From Podarcis tiliguerta (lineage: Eukaryota), in NCBI GenBank assembly GCA_965153285.1, contig OZ229110.1: a DNA stretch of 64,000 bases; one strand, written 5' to 3'. Shown one piece after another: positions 26,139 to 38,641 of the stretch. The position numbers were made by a program, and so were the translations under genes. The notes beneath the pieces were generated by a model. The model worked only from the letters and a program-made list of their open reading frames with translations, had not been told where the DNA came from and did no database searches. Each line of letters starts with the position of its first letter. The stretch's first letter is position 1.

Positions 26139-26431
26139 CAGGGGTGACCCACCCTATTTCGCCACCTGAGGAGAAATAGGAATGTCCCACCCCTGGTTGC
26201 CCTCCGCTACCGCTCTGCTGAAGTTTCGCTTACCAGGGTCATGTGACTGTGACGGCTTCCAGTGAGATATCACGGAACTCTCACAAGATCTCACTGAGAT
26301 CTCATGGGAAGCCGCCACTGTGTGACTCTGCCAGCTGTGGTAGGGACAGGTTGGGCATCCATGGGGCACTATCCCATGGGATTCTGCTACCCAAGGCAGC
26401 TGCTTCAGTCTGCCTCACAGGCACAGTACTG
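26139..26431. mobile_element. hAT-type MITE
   Basis: CAGGGG...CTG ends; 8-bp TSD gcaagtag/gcaagtac; internal gagatctcac palindromes. Confidence 0.6.
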
Positions 26432-27161
26432 GCAAGTACTGTGTTGATTCAAGGGAATCTGCACACTTTTTCGTGCTTCCAAGAACTAATTATTGATCGT
26501 TAACTATGCTGGGATATACTTGTTATGGGGAGCAGTTATATCAGATAAAAATATTTGGCTTGAAAATTACTACTTTTAATTTCTGTATCCCGTTCACACA
26601 TGGAAACAATGCTTGCAACAATAGTGCATTTCAAACATTGTTACTGTGGGAAAATAGGTGGGTGTCGAGAGAGGAACTGGATGAGTTGTGCTATTCTCTT
26701 ATTTTAACAGAAAGCAATTATCTTTGCATTTAGTCAACCCTCCTGTCTCTACAGTTAGGCAAGGATTTTCAAAGTCAGCAATTTACATTTTGCAGAGCAA
26801 CATGCCCTCATCACTGTAGCCCGAGTCTTTAATATGCAGGAATCTCAGCATCCAGCTGGTAGATTTATGCCCGGGTGGAAAATAATACAAATTGCAGAGA
26901 ACTTTCAAGTCTCCTGAGTACAGAACAAACTGTAATTAATTGATTTGTTAAATGCTGATAAGATGCTCGCTCCTATTCAAAGCATGGACTGACACCCCTG
27001 ACCTGACATTTCTTAGATTTCAGCAGAACTTCCCTGACCTGACATCTTAAGAGGCAAACACAGGGAAGGGATTGAAACCGAAAGACCAGAGCAAATGTGT
27101 GTTTGTGTATATGTCTTTTAAACCTTAACTATTAACTTCAATTTGAAAGCCAGTCCCAATC

Positions 27162-27200
<39 letters not shown>
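27162..27200. repeat. (ATT)n microsatellite
   Basis: Direct read. Confidence 0.9.
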
Positions 27201-29434
27201 CCCACCCTTCATCCCAAGGTCCCAAATTATCAGAGTGTTATTTTAGTCATTTAATTGTCTAGCTTGTAATGGTAATTGATTAATGAAGGTAAATGAATTA
27301 ACCCCAATTAATTATAGTCATTAGTGGACTGGCGCCTTCACACTCATTTTGTAGCATACCTAATCTACTATTGGCAGGGTGAATATACTTCAGGGAAAGG
27401 AATGTGTGATCCATCTGTCCTCCTTGTGGTAGGTTAACCTCCTTACCTGCAAGACTGCTGGGGAAAGTGCTCTGTGAGAGCTTCTGCAATGTTGTGATGA
27501 TGCATTCATATATTTCTAGAGAAAGCCGACAGTGCTTTATGGCTCAGAGGAAGTAACATTTTCATATTTCAACTTGCATGTCTTCCTAAGCATGCTCTAA
27601 TTTAATACCGCTTCCTTACTAGTGGCAAATTTTGAAGTGCTGGTGTTCCTCATGATACCACATCCCTTTTAAGGCTATGCTGCAAAAATGAACTTTTGAC
27701 CAATGTAGACATTATGACTTCAATATCGAGCCACTTTCCCCTCTCATATTTACCCATCTGAGCAGTTATCATGAGTTCAAGACCTTGCTAACTGTTTTGG
27801 TTAGCCATAAGAGAGTTTTGGATAGGCTTCCAAAATAAAAGTGTGAGGTTACCTTTAATCATGCATGTCATTGTCACCTACCTTTTCCCCTGCTTAGCTT
27901 ATTTGTTTCACATGCAGAACATGGACCAAAGAGATGGCATCATTGTCCCTTCAGTGAAATCAATGGCAATGCTCATTCACTGCCCATCTCTGCCCCAGTG
28001 TCAAGGGTGGCAGGCCAGTGCCTCATTCCATAAATCAGGACTGGGGAACCCATGGCTTCTCATTATGTTGTTGGACTAGAACTCCCATCAACAGCCACCA
28101 GCATGACCAGTAGTCAGGGATGATAGGAGTTCAACGATATCTGGAGAGCCACAGGTTCCACACCTCAACCCTAAATCTTAAAGTGGCTTTTGCCACAAAT
28201 GACACATCCTTCATACTTTTTGCCTTTAGGCTGGTAACTGTGAACTGCAGAAAACCTGGAGAGATTGGATTTAGCCCAAGGGCCTACAGTCACCGACACC
28301 ATTTCTAGGTTCTCTTCTGTTATGGAACAGTTCTGTTTCCTCCACTTTCAAGCTGCAATATTTTGTCAGCGAGAAAACATGGGTGTGTCCCCCCTCCACA
28401 TAAGTTAGCAAGTCTATTACAATTGTGACTATTGTGCGGAATGAATTTTCAGGGAGCATTTACTGGAGAGTGCTGAGTGAAAGCGCTGCCCCTCACAAAA
28501 GCCCCCGCTATTTTGTGAATATTTTTTTAAAAAAAAGATTGAAAATGTTCCCAGAGATGGTAAACAGCTCTGTACCAACATTCTCCTTCCACCTTTTATT
28601 ATTAAATTTGGAGAGCATTAAGCCTAATCTTCTGTTCTACTTTCTCCCTGCCCTGTTCTTAAATTTCAGGAACAGCGAACTTAATCTGCTTCATTTTCCT
28701 TGCAGGCTTTTGCATACCCTTGCTTCATATTGAAAGAGGCTTCTCCTCACACTCCACATTCTTGGAACCATGTGTTCTTCTCTTTCCCTCTTACAGCTTA
28801 TAAATGGTCAAAAGTGGATGTTTATACTTGCAAAAGCAGCTACTTTGAGTCCTCTCTGAAGCAACAAGAACAAGTAACATAGTGGGGTAGAAATATAGTT
28901 CATCATACCACCAGCGCCACACAAACAAACACCCTGTCCCGAAAACCACAGAGGCTAAAAGGGGTGGGCCTAGCCAAAATGATCGTTCCAGCCCATCTCA
29001 GCACAGATCTTGAGCCTAGGCAAACATTTACCTCATGCTGAAAACCACAGAGCTCTGTTTGTATATAGAAAGAAACAAAACAGTAGCAGGAGATGCGGGG
29101 GGGGGGGGGAGTGTAGTGGAGTCACAATAAAAGGGGAAAGAGAGCAGAGTGCTCACAGCCTTGGGAAAGGGAATAAGCCAAGGGCAGTATTTCCAAAAAG
29201 GATCTACATTACTTAGAAGTTCGAGCCATTTAGGGTCAAATCAGACATGACAACCATGCAATAAATTATTGCATTACTTTTTCTGCATTCCCCACCCCAG
29301 CAAAAAGAAATATCTAATAGCTGCTGTGAGGAGTGTTGATGGATCTCTAGCAGAACCATGGCAAAGGGTAGAGGTGACTTAGCCCATTGCCCCAGCAATC
29401 CCTGTTCTGGATTTGGCTCCCCCGTGGCTTTTGT

Positions 29435-29796
29435 TGTCATAGCCCCATCTGAGTCCTGTTGCCAAGCAAGCAGGGGCTAGGCGTCTTTGACGAACACTTG
29501 CATGAGAACAGAATCCACATACAGACAGTCCAGAGGTCAGGGAATCCAGATGATCACAGAGCCAAGGGTCCAGATGGAGAGCAGGAAGCAGCAAGGTAGC
29601 GCCAGGAACTACAGGCGTTGTTTCCAGCATCTGACTGCTGCTGAGAGCTGTGTTTCAGAAGGCCAGAGCCAGCTGGTTCTCTTCAGTGCCTTCTCCCCCT
29701 GCCCTTGAAGGTTGATCAGCTGCAGGTGGAGTCATCCCACCTCCCTGCACTTCAGGCTGCTGTTCAGCAGGTGAAGCTGACTCCTGGCCCATGACA
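29435..29796. mobile_element. Probable solo LTR (Gypsy-like), 362 bp
   Basis: TGTCAT...ATGACA termini; 5-bp TSD tttgt/gttgt. Confidence 0.6.
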
Positions 29797-30015
29797 GTTG
29801 TTTGCATTGGGATGAAAGCTCTCATTAGCCAGGGCTCAAAAGAGTTGTCCAAAATATCTGGAGGGCATCAGGTTGGCTACCACCAGCTTAAAGGGATGCT
29901 CCCTTTTTGTGGGGTGAGTTGTTGGGGGCGGGGAAATCAGTCATAAGCCCTGTGCCATTAAGACCTTCTGCACCAGTTTAACATGTCCATTTTTCCTGAT
30001 GTTGGAGATGCAGTA

Positions 30016-30640
30016 CAGCCGTACTTTGGATCCCAAACACCTTGGTACTTGGATATTTGTCAGGACACTGACAAACTGGAACGTGTCCAGAGGAGGGCAA
30101 CCAAAATGGTCAAAGGCCTGGAAACGATGCCTTATGAGGAACGGCTAAGGGAGCTGGGCATGTTTAGCCTGGAGAAGAGGAGGTTAAGGGGTGATATGAT
30201 AGCCATGTTCAAATATATAAAAGGATGTCACATAGAGGAGGGGGAAAGGTTGTTTTCTGCTGCTCCAGAGAAGCGGACACGGAGCAATGGATCCAAACTA
30301 CAAGAAAGAAGATTCCACCTAAACATTAGGAAGAACTTCCTGACAGTAAGAGCTGTTCGACAGTGGAATTTGCTGCCAAGGAGTGTGGTGGAGTCTCCTT
30401 CTTTGGAGGTCTTTAAGCAGAGGCTTGACAACCATATGTCAGGAGTGCTCTGATGGTGTTTCCTGCTTGGCAGGGGGTTGGACTCGATGGCCCTTGTGGT
30501 CTCTTCCAACTCTATGATTCTATGATTTTGGCTCCCAAACGCTGCATACCCAGTTTGTGTTCCAGTTTGCAAACATTCTTTGGAACCCGAACGTCCGACG
30601 GGGCTTCTGCAACTTCCGATTGGCCGCAGGAGCTTCCTTA
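30016..30640. mobile_element. Tc1/mariner-type MITE remnant hosting a CR1
   Basis: TA+cagccgtac start; resumes ttttggctcccaaacg after the CR1; same family as 38403-38641. Confidence 0.7.
30062..30527 (+). mobile_element. Young CR1 3' end, near-identical to 16503-16972
   Basis: Same ORF2 C-terminal peptide apart from one D/E change; (ATTCTATG) tail. Confidence 0.96.
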
Positions 30641-30879
30641 TGGAGCTATTGAGGGGATGGAGACCAGGGAACTACTGCGATGGGCTTAGGGCCCCTTTTT
30701 CTGTGCAGCCACTCTGCCTTTGCAGATGCTTCTCTCCCGTCACTGTTAGAATATTCACCCTGTGGCTGTTCCACAAATAATATGAAGCTGCTTTATTATA
30801 CTGAGTCAGACTGTTCATCTAGCCCAGGGGGTGGGGAACCTCAGGCCTGGGCCAGAATGCAGCCTGAGAGGGGAAAGCA

Positions 30880-31070
30880 GTCAAAGCTGCCAGCTCCCAA
30901 AGTCTTATAAACCATTCCCTCAGATGTGGGAATTCTTTCTTTTCCCAATATTTTTCATGCAAAATTCTTGCTTCTAGAATCACATGGTATAATAGTTTCT
31001 CTCTGTCCTCAGGAACCATGTCCTTAAGATAAAGTAGTATACATATGCATCTAACTGTCCCAAATATTGG
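30880..31070 (-). mobile_element. Degenerate L1 ORF2 C-terminal fragment
   Basis: LLYHVILEARILHEKYWEKKEFPHLREWFIRLWELAAL. Confidence 0.65.
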
Positions 31071-31463
31071 CAGTGATCACTTTAGGTACGCCTGGTACAG
31101 TATATGCATAACTGAATAGGCCTGCATCGTGCTGAACCCTGAAGTGACCCCAAAACATCACAAAAATGCCACAAAAAGGGGAGGAAAGGGTGGGTGGTTT
31201 GCAGGCTTTTTCAATGGTGTCTCAAATATACACGTGTAGTGCCTTGGAACGTAACCCCCGCGTAAATTGGGAGTTGCTGGAACTTCAAAATATTGGATGC
31301 AATTTCATACAGTACTTTTTACCTCAGGACAGTTTCACCAACAGTGGACAAAATCTGCTCTCTTCATTTCACATTTAGATATTCTAAACATCTGAGGTGG
31401 TGCTTACCTACCACATTGTCCAAAGTTTTGAGGAACTTCTAACCATTCCCTTTAGGCTTCAAC

Positions 31464-31737
31464 TAGGCCTGGACGATGTACTGATACAGGTATGAGGGCC
31501 AGACCACGATGGCTGCTTCACTCAGTGGTATATTGTGGGTGAAACCGCCGCAGCTCCTGAATCCCTCTGCCCCTAGCACACAAGGGAGAAACAAGCAGCA
31601 GCCACGAGCTGGTGAGAGAGGAACTCAGGAGCAGTGGCAGTTTCACCCACAATATACTGCTGGGTGAAACTGCCATCCTGCTTGGACCCTAATACCACTG
31701 AGGGCAGAACAATCTACCGGTACATTGGCCAGGGACA
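31464..31737. mobile_element. Long palindromic hAT-like MITE
   Basis: Arms GTATATTGTGGGTGAAACCGCC...GGCAGTTTCACCCACAATATAC; ends TAGGCCTGGACGATGTAC / GTACATTGGCCAGGGACA. Confidence 0.7.
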
Positions 31738-32164
31738 ATGTAGCTTGTTCCTCCCTTGGTTGCCCGTGCAAGCAGGCAGCTCATTTAAGCTTCTCTGTTC
31801 AGGGACTGCCCACCCCTGAACGGAGAAGTTTAAAAGAGCCCCCATCCTGCTCTGGCTCACACAAGCCAGAGGCGGGTTGGGGGCTCACTGCATCTTTGGG
31901 CAAGTGGGGGGCAAGTGGGCTGCCTCTTTCTTCTGGGAGAAAGAGGCAGCTTGCCCGCCTCCTCTGGCTGGTGAAAGCAGAGGGAGCCCTGCGGACAGAG
32001 CCTGACCTGGCTCCCTCTCCCTTTGAGTGAGGTTTCCAAACCTTTGATCATGGATGCTTTGGTTGGGATTCATGCATTGCAGGTAGTTGGACTAGATGAT
32101 CCTTTGGGTCCCTTCCAACTCTATAATTCTACAATTCTGTGGTATAGAAAAAGAGCAGGGATCT

Positions 32165-32312
32165 GTAGTCTCTCAGCCCCACTCACCTCACAGAGTGATT
32201 GTTGTGGGAGAGGAAGGGAAAGGAGAATGTTAGCCGCATTGAGACTCCTTCGGGTAGTGATAAAGCGGGATATTAAATCCAAACTCCTCCTCCTCCTCTT
32301 CTTCTTCTTCTT
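32165..32312 (+). mobile_element. 5'-truncated Squam3-type SINE, preceded by a CR1-type tail at ~32050-32140
   Basis: Matches the 3' half of 19805-20055. Confidence 0.85.
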
Positions 32313-33619
32313 GTAAAGGAGCTCCGTAAGCAAGGGGCCCACACCTATTGCTTCCCACTGCTAGCCTTTCTGCTTCCACACATTCTTGTTCCCCCTCCTT
32401 CCCTTTCCTCTGCACCCCAATACTTCCCACCTCCGCCACATCCAAACTTCTTCCTGGGGTCCGCATTTGAAAACCATATAACAAGCTATTCACAAAGCAG
32501 GCAGCCAATAGGAAAATCAATGCACCGCTACAACTTTAAAGAGACCTCACCCGTGAACTCGCCACAATTCTCTGAGATGGTTGTAGATGGGAGGGTGAGC
32601 ACATGACTGCAGAAGGGAAGTGGCCTCGCTTAAGAGGAAAACATTTAGCCGCTCTGCAGCCTCGAACACAGAAGATGACACGACACTTTCTTTGTTGCCA
32701 GGAAAAGAGGGCTGGCCAGCTCATTCATTAGAATATTTTTGCATCAGGGAAACGGAGACAGAGGAGGAGCCGACAGACATAAGACGCAGAACGTCTTCAT
32801 TAAAGATTAAGCAGCAGAAATGGACAGCGGCAGCCTGCGAGGCGCTTTTGCTGCAGGAGAAAATAAGTCAGTGAAATAGCCCAGAGACACTCAAATTGGG
32901 AGTTCATTCTATTAGCTGCCCTGTAAGAGGCAACAAGTCAAGGGGGTAGGATGGGCCAAGGAGGAAACGGCCTTTCCATATTACTAGCTGGGCTTCTGTC
33001 ACACAGTTCCACGTTAGAGGCAATGCCTGTGGGGAAGCAGGTAGGTGCCCAGTGGCACAGAGGCTCCCATTAGCTGCACTGCCACAACTCTTGGCAGGTG
33101 CAGCCTCAGAGCAGAAGCTCTGCTGAATGAGCAATGAGACATGACAGGCAAGAGAGTTCCAGGGAATTGTTGCAGGCCTCAGGCACTTTTGTGGAGGCTC
33201 CAGGCTAGATGACCTTAACCACCCAGGAAGGGCCTTGTGGTTTAGAGCTTCATTTCTGTTGTGCAATGGGATTTGTAGGAAACGGGACAGGCCATGTTCT
33301 GGGCCTCAGCAATGGGAAGGGTCATATCAGCACTTACCAATGTCTGGGCCAAATGCTATCACGCACATGAGAAGGTAGAGATGCCCTCACAGTGCAAACC
33401 CACTCAAAATCCCTATTCCATTTTGAAATGGTGTGTTATGTATGTAGACTTCTTTATATTATTAATTTAGACACACAACATTCTTTTTAAAGGCATGCCA
33501 TGTTATAACACCATTCTTATTTTTTAAAAACAGAAACTGGGCTTAATGCACAAATATGTCAAGAGACAGCATTGATGCAAAAGAGCAACACCTATATCTA
33601 TCTATCATCTATCTATATA

Positions 33620-33991
33620 TATGTGGATGGTGCTGTGGTCTAAACCGTGGGCTTGCCGATCAAAAGGTTGGCGGTTTGAATCCCCGCGACAGAGTGAGAT
33701 CCCGTTACTCGGTCCCAGCTCCTGCCAACCTAGCAGTTCAAAAACATGCCCAAAAATGCAAATAGATTCATAGGTACTGCTCCGGCAGGACGTTAAACGG
33801 TGTTTCCGTGCGCTGCTCTGGTGTCGGTGTTGTGTTGTGCCAGAAGCGGCTTGGTCATGCTGGCCATATGATCCGGAAAAACTGTCTGCGCAGCGGACAA
33901 ACACCGGCTCCTTCGGCCTGTAAAGCGAGATGAGCGCTGCAACTCCAGAGTCGTTTGCAACTGGACTTAACTGTCTGGGGTCCCTTTACCT
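33620..33991 (+). mobile_element. Sauria SINE
   Basis: Homologous to 9975-10338; ends cctttacct; TA-rich flanks. Confidence 0.88.
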
Positions 33992-34039
33992 CTCTCTCTC
34001 TATATATATTATTAAACAGAATAGGTTATGTTCCTTAGG

Positions 34040-34772
34040 GGGTGTATGGTGTGTTAGGGGAGGCGTAGTACCTCTGCTGGGGTACACACTGTGCTCCTCC
34101 TGGGGTACTTTGTCCACCTTTGCTCTCACCTTTGCTCTCACCTGTGGCTCCTAGAAACTGTCAGCATGTGACAACAGCCACACCCTAGAAAGGACCTCGA
34201 TTGGCTGGCTAAACCAGGTGAGGGAAGGTGATGGGTCTGAAGCCCTCAGTGAGTTAGGGACTTCCCCTGCATGCAAAGACCGGCTCCAGCAGATTGAGCA
34301 GATGAGACAAATAGTGGGTCCAACGGTCAAGAAGGCGGTTTCTGCACATGCTGCAGTGTAGAGGGAAGTGAGGGGCAGATGCGGCTTGTCAACCTGGGAA
34401 GGCAGCCCATCCAGAAGGAAAACTCTGATGCCAAACCTCTCCTGCAAAGTGGGATATCATCGGGATAAGACAAAGCGAAGGAGTAAATCCTACACAAATC
34501 TAAAGTGGAGTCCCTAAGACAGGTGGATGGCATCCTTTATGCCTCCTTCCAACAACTCCTGAAGCCAAGAAAGTGTCAAACAAATTGCTCTGCTTTCCTT
34601 TGGACCACATCAGCAAGGCTGAGAGTGTGGCATTGTCCTCTGGGCAGCCCAGGACTCCATACACACTGCCCAGGCTCGCACCCTGGGGAGCTCCCTTTGC
34701 TGCTAACACAGAGGTTTGTCTTTGCCCCCAGAAGTGCACTCCATTGTCTCTCGGGGCAGATGGATGCCAACC
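34040..34772 (+). mobile_element. Non-autonomous RTE-type retroposon (733 bp)
   Basis: RTE-like 3' end ctccattgtctctcggggcagatggatgccaac; 12-bp TSD atgttccttagg/atgttctttagg; no RT ORF. Confidence 0.65.
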
Positions 34773-35319
34773 ATGTTCTTTAGGCTATAATGCTGCGCAC
34801 ACCAACTTGAGAGAGTAAGCCCATTGAGCAAAGGGGTCTTATGTTTCCAGTAACTCTATCAGTGCAAACCAAACCAGGTCATTTAAAAATGTGCAGGAAG
34901 CCCAAAAATACTCTCAAAAAGCTGTGTGTGGCGGACTGTAACATACTGAAGACATTGTGTGGCACTGCGAATCTTGATAACTTGCAGCTGACCAAAGAGA
35001 CGTGAATAGCTCACAATCATATGAATTTCAGTTACTTACCAGCCCATTCATTAAATCTGCAGAAAATCAAATGAACAAAAGCGCTATTTCCAAAGCCAGC
35101 AAATGCTTATTTTGCCGTTAGATGATGTGTGGCAGTAGCCATAATCTTAGAGGCACTCCCTTCGAGGAGAGAGAGAAGCGGGCATTGCCCTTCTTGAGAT
35201 GATGCTGTTTTTAGAAGTACTTACAATTTCTTTATTATTATTATTATTATTATTGATTAACCAGCTCGTTAGTCCATTCAACCAGCTCGTTAAAACACCG
35301 CAGCGATCGAGGTTGCCTA

Positions 35320-36480
35320 ACGCCTTACACCCGGTGCCATCGCGCGACGGTCCCCTTGCGTAACTACTTTCATCTAACGAAATAGGTTTGCCTGCGCGTA
35401 CAGAGAACTATTGCACAAGGAACGTGGGAGCGGGAGCGAGGCCGCCTCCTGACCACTAAGCGCCCTTCGCCACTAGGGGTGCTGTTCCGGCACGCGGCCT
35501 CCCCTCGCCTCCCCCGCGTGCTCCGCCACGCGCCCATGCGGCGCTTCGGAGTCCAGCCTCGCCCTGGCCGAGGTCGCGGCGCGCGCTGCTCCCAGGCTGA
35601 CCCTCTGCTGCTGCCTGCTGGCGCGCGAAGGGCGCTGCTCCTGCGCCCCCCACCCCAGCTGCGGAAGCGGCGCCCACCGCACCTCCTTCGAGGGGGCCGC
35701 CTCCACAGAGCGCGCGAGCAGTCACCCCCCCCCCGCCCGCGCCCCCCACCACTTCCCCAGCCGGCGAGTGTGCGGCAGGCAGCCCCTGCTTGCCTCCCTG
35801 GTGCGCTCCCGGCTTCTCCCCCTCCTGCTCCCGCTGTGTCAGGTAGATTACAGCGAGCGGCGGGAACGAGCGCGCGGGAGGGCTGCCTTCCTCCAAGGCG
35901 CCCCGCGGCGGCCGCCCAGCAGGAGGGACGCGGCTCGCCTGGAGGGGAGCGGCTTCCGACGGGGCTCGGCTGGTTGCCAGCTGCGCGCTCTGGCAGCTTC
36001 CAGGCCCGCGCCATTCACTTCCCAGCTGCGGGCGCAGGAGCCGCCGGCCGGGAGCAAAAGCCCGGAAAATGAGCTCCCGCAGCTCCGCTGAGGAGAAGGC
36101 GGAGACCTCCCCCACCCCACCCCCCGTCCCTTTCTCCAGGCGCCGCGCTTTTCGGGCCGCTCAGGCGGGCTTCTTGCCTTCCCTATCGCTGCATCTCGCC
36201 ATTCTAAGACGGCCGAGTTCGTTCTTGTTGTGAGCCCGGCCCTGCGCCACATGAGGGCCCTCCGCCTATTCAGACGACGTCTATCATCCGCGTCAGTCAT
36301 TCCCGAAGTCTGCCGCCGCGACGCGAGAAAAGAGATGCGTGGAATGAGAAGCGGCGGGACCCAAAGAAGCGGCGGCGGCGGCAGCTCTGTGTGAGTCGCG
36401 CCTCTCCCGGTCAGTTTCCTAGGCGAACAGGAGTCAAGCCACCGGCTCATCTAGCTCGGTGTTGTCGGCACTGACCGGCA
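35320..36480. promoter_or_regulatory. CpG island, probable promoter or first non-coding exon of a neighbouring gene (BAHD1 by synteny, inferred)
   Basis: Very high CpG/GC; GC boxes; YY1-like AATGGCG on the minus strand (~36010, ~36198); G-runs. Confidence 0.8.
35467..35484 (+). promoter_or_regulatory. CTCF-binding motif
   Basis: tcgCCACTAGGGGTGCTG closely matches the CCACYAGRKGGCRCT consensus; at the CpG-island edge. Confidence 0.6.
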
Positions 36481-38402
36481 GTGGTTCTCCAAGGATCCTC
36501 TCTCAGCCCCACCTGGAAACGTCTGGGATTGAACCCCGCGTCTTCTGCATGCCAAGCAGGTGCTCTGTCACAGAACTATGTATGACCCTTTTCCTAGGGT
36601 GGCTTAACATGTTTCTGACAAGGGCTCTCTCTGAGCAGCAAGACTCATGGTTTACTTGCGGAAGGTCTGAGGTTCAATCTGCAACAAGACCAAGAAGGCC
36701 AGTGGAAAGATTTCAGTCCCAAACCCTGCAAAGCGGCTGCCAGTCAGTGGAGCCTGCACTGTGCCAGATGGACCACTGCTGGAGGTGGTGTGCCTCTGAA
36801 TGTCAGTTGCTGGAACCCGCAGGAGGACAGAGTGCTGCTGCTCTCAGGTCCCGCTTGCTGGTTTCCCACAGGCCAACAGCATTGTATCCAGTTCAACAAA
36901 TGCGCTTCGGCTGTCAGACCTTTGGCTAACACAATTAGAGGCACATTTCATGTGGGAAAGCAGCTTTTAACGTGACTGCTCACTTTGGTTCAATATTATC
37001 AAGACACAAATATCTGAAATACATAGCTGTGGTTCAGCTGACTGGGAAATTCCTCTATCAGTCAGAAACAGACACAGACACAATTTCTGACCTAGGCAGC
37101 CCCATCCTGCACATCAAGTCATTGACACAATCCCAGCATCGCAAGCATCTACTGTCAAAAGGGTTGGCTCCAGATTTTTTGGGCCCCTTGGTCGTTACTC
37201 TTTTATTAGGCCCTTCTCCTTGCCACTGTCATCTCCGCTTGGCCTCCCTCCAGATTCCGAGTGCGACACTGCCCTGAAGGAGAGGGAGGCAAGCGGAGAC
37301 AACTGCTGCTGTTCCTCTTTGCTCCTATCATATGTGGAGGGCAGGCAAACATGCAACAACATGAGAGCAAGCAGGGCCCAGAAACACTGGGAATCAGCAG
37401 AGGGGCTCCTGAGCTGTGGGCCCTAGCAGGGTCCCAGCTGTGCTGATCCTTGATTCCTGGCAGATCACATGTTCAGCTGCAAGCGCCTGTCTCTTTGAAC
37501 CACTATGTAGATCACGTGTGTCATGCAAGGGGATATTGGGGGGGGCATTGGGCTCCTCACTTTATGAAGCAATATTGTTTGATGCAGTTACACAGATGTT
37601 TCCAGCAGTAAAGCCAGGGTAACCAGAACATTTTGAGGGCTGCCATTCCTATTAGCCACAGCAAGCATAACCATTGGTCGGGGATGATGGGATTTGTTGT
37701 CCAACATCATCTGGGAAATGTACCCATGTTGCTGTTTGCCGAGGATCACAGAACATTTCACTGCAACAGGAAAATGCAATTTTGCATGTAAAGGTTTTTG
37801 GAAAGTATTGAGAAGTTATGTGAACCAGCTTTGTAGGCTGCCAAACACAAAACTATTACTGGCTTAGCTGGCCAGACAACTTTCTTGCAAAAAGCCAAAC
37901 CTTCATCAAGCTCTCGTGAACCTTATGGGCATACCATGTTTGTCAACTGCTGCCAACAAACTGTAATCAGGATGTCGACTCAGCTGTGTGTGGGATTTTA
38001 AGAGTAACTTCTTGTTTGTTTAGATATCTGTCCAAGAGAAAATGCCCTACATAAGAACTCAGATGCTCATACATGCAATAGATGTGTGAAGAAAGGCCCT
38101 GATCTGCCCCACTATTTCTCTAAGCCAGTCAGTCACAAAGGGGTACTCAAGATGCTTGTCTGGGAAAGGGGACCAGTGGGGCCAAATGGCTCTGGATCTC
38201 ATTGGTCAGTAAGAGCCAGGGGCCACTTCTCCAGCAGAGGAGTCTTTGAAAAGCTGAGCTGCCTTTGCAAAATTGTTCCATCCCACCATCAGGAATCCAG
38301 ACTGGACTTTTGAGGAAGTGGAACTTCCTTGCTGCCTACTTTTAAGTCAGTTAGAACCATATTGTAGTGGCTAAGCTAGGATCAGTTCAGTGCTCTTATT
38401 TA

Positions 38403-38641
38403 CAGTCGTTCCTTGGTTTTCGAACAGCTTAGCTCCCAAATGTTTTGGCTCCCGAACGTTGCAAACCCGAAAGTGACTGTTCCGGTTTGAGAACTGTTTT
38501 TGGAAGCCGAACGTCCAATGGGGCTTCCACGACTTCTGATTGGCTGCAGGAACTTCCTGCAACCAATCAGAAGCCACAATTTGGTTTTTGAAGTTTTGGA
38601 AGTCGAACAGACTTCCGGATCAGACTTCCAAGGTACCACTG
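38403..38641. mobile_element. Tc1/mariner-type MITE
   Basis: TA TSD; TIR cagtcgttccttgg/ccaaggtaccactg. Confidence 0.85.

Noticed and set aside
29983-30453. 156-aa ORF with a novel N-terminus
   Set aside because: Chance in-frame fusion of flank/MITE sequence with a CR1 3' end.
35370-36450. Long ORFs (197-219 aa) in both directions over the CpG island
   Set aside because: Low-complexity Ala/Gly/Arg/Pro frames expected from stop-codon scarcity in GC-rich DNA; no recognisable domain.
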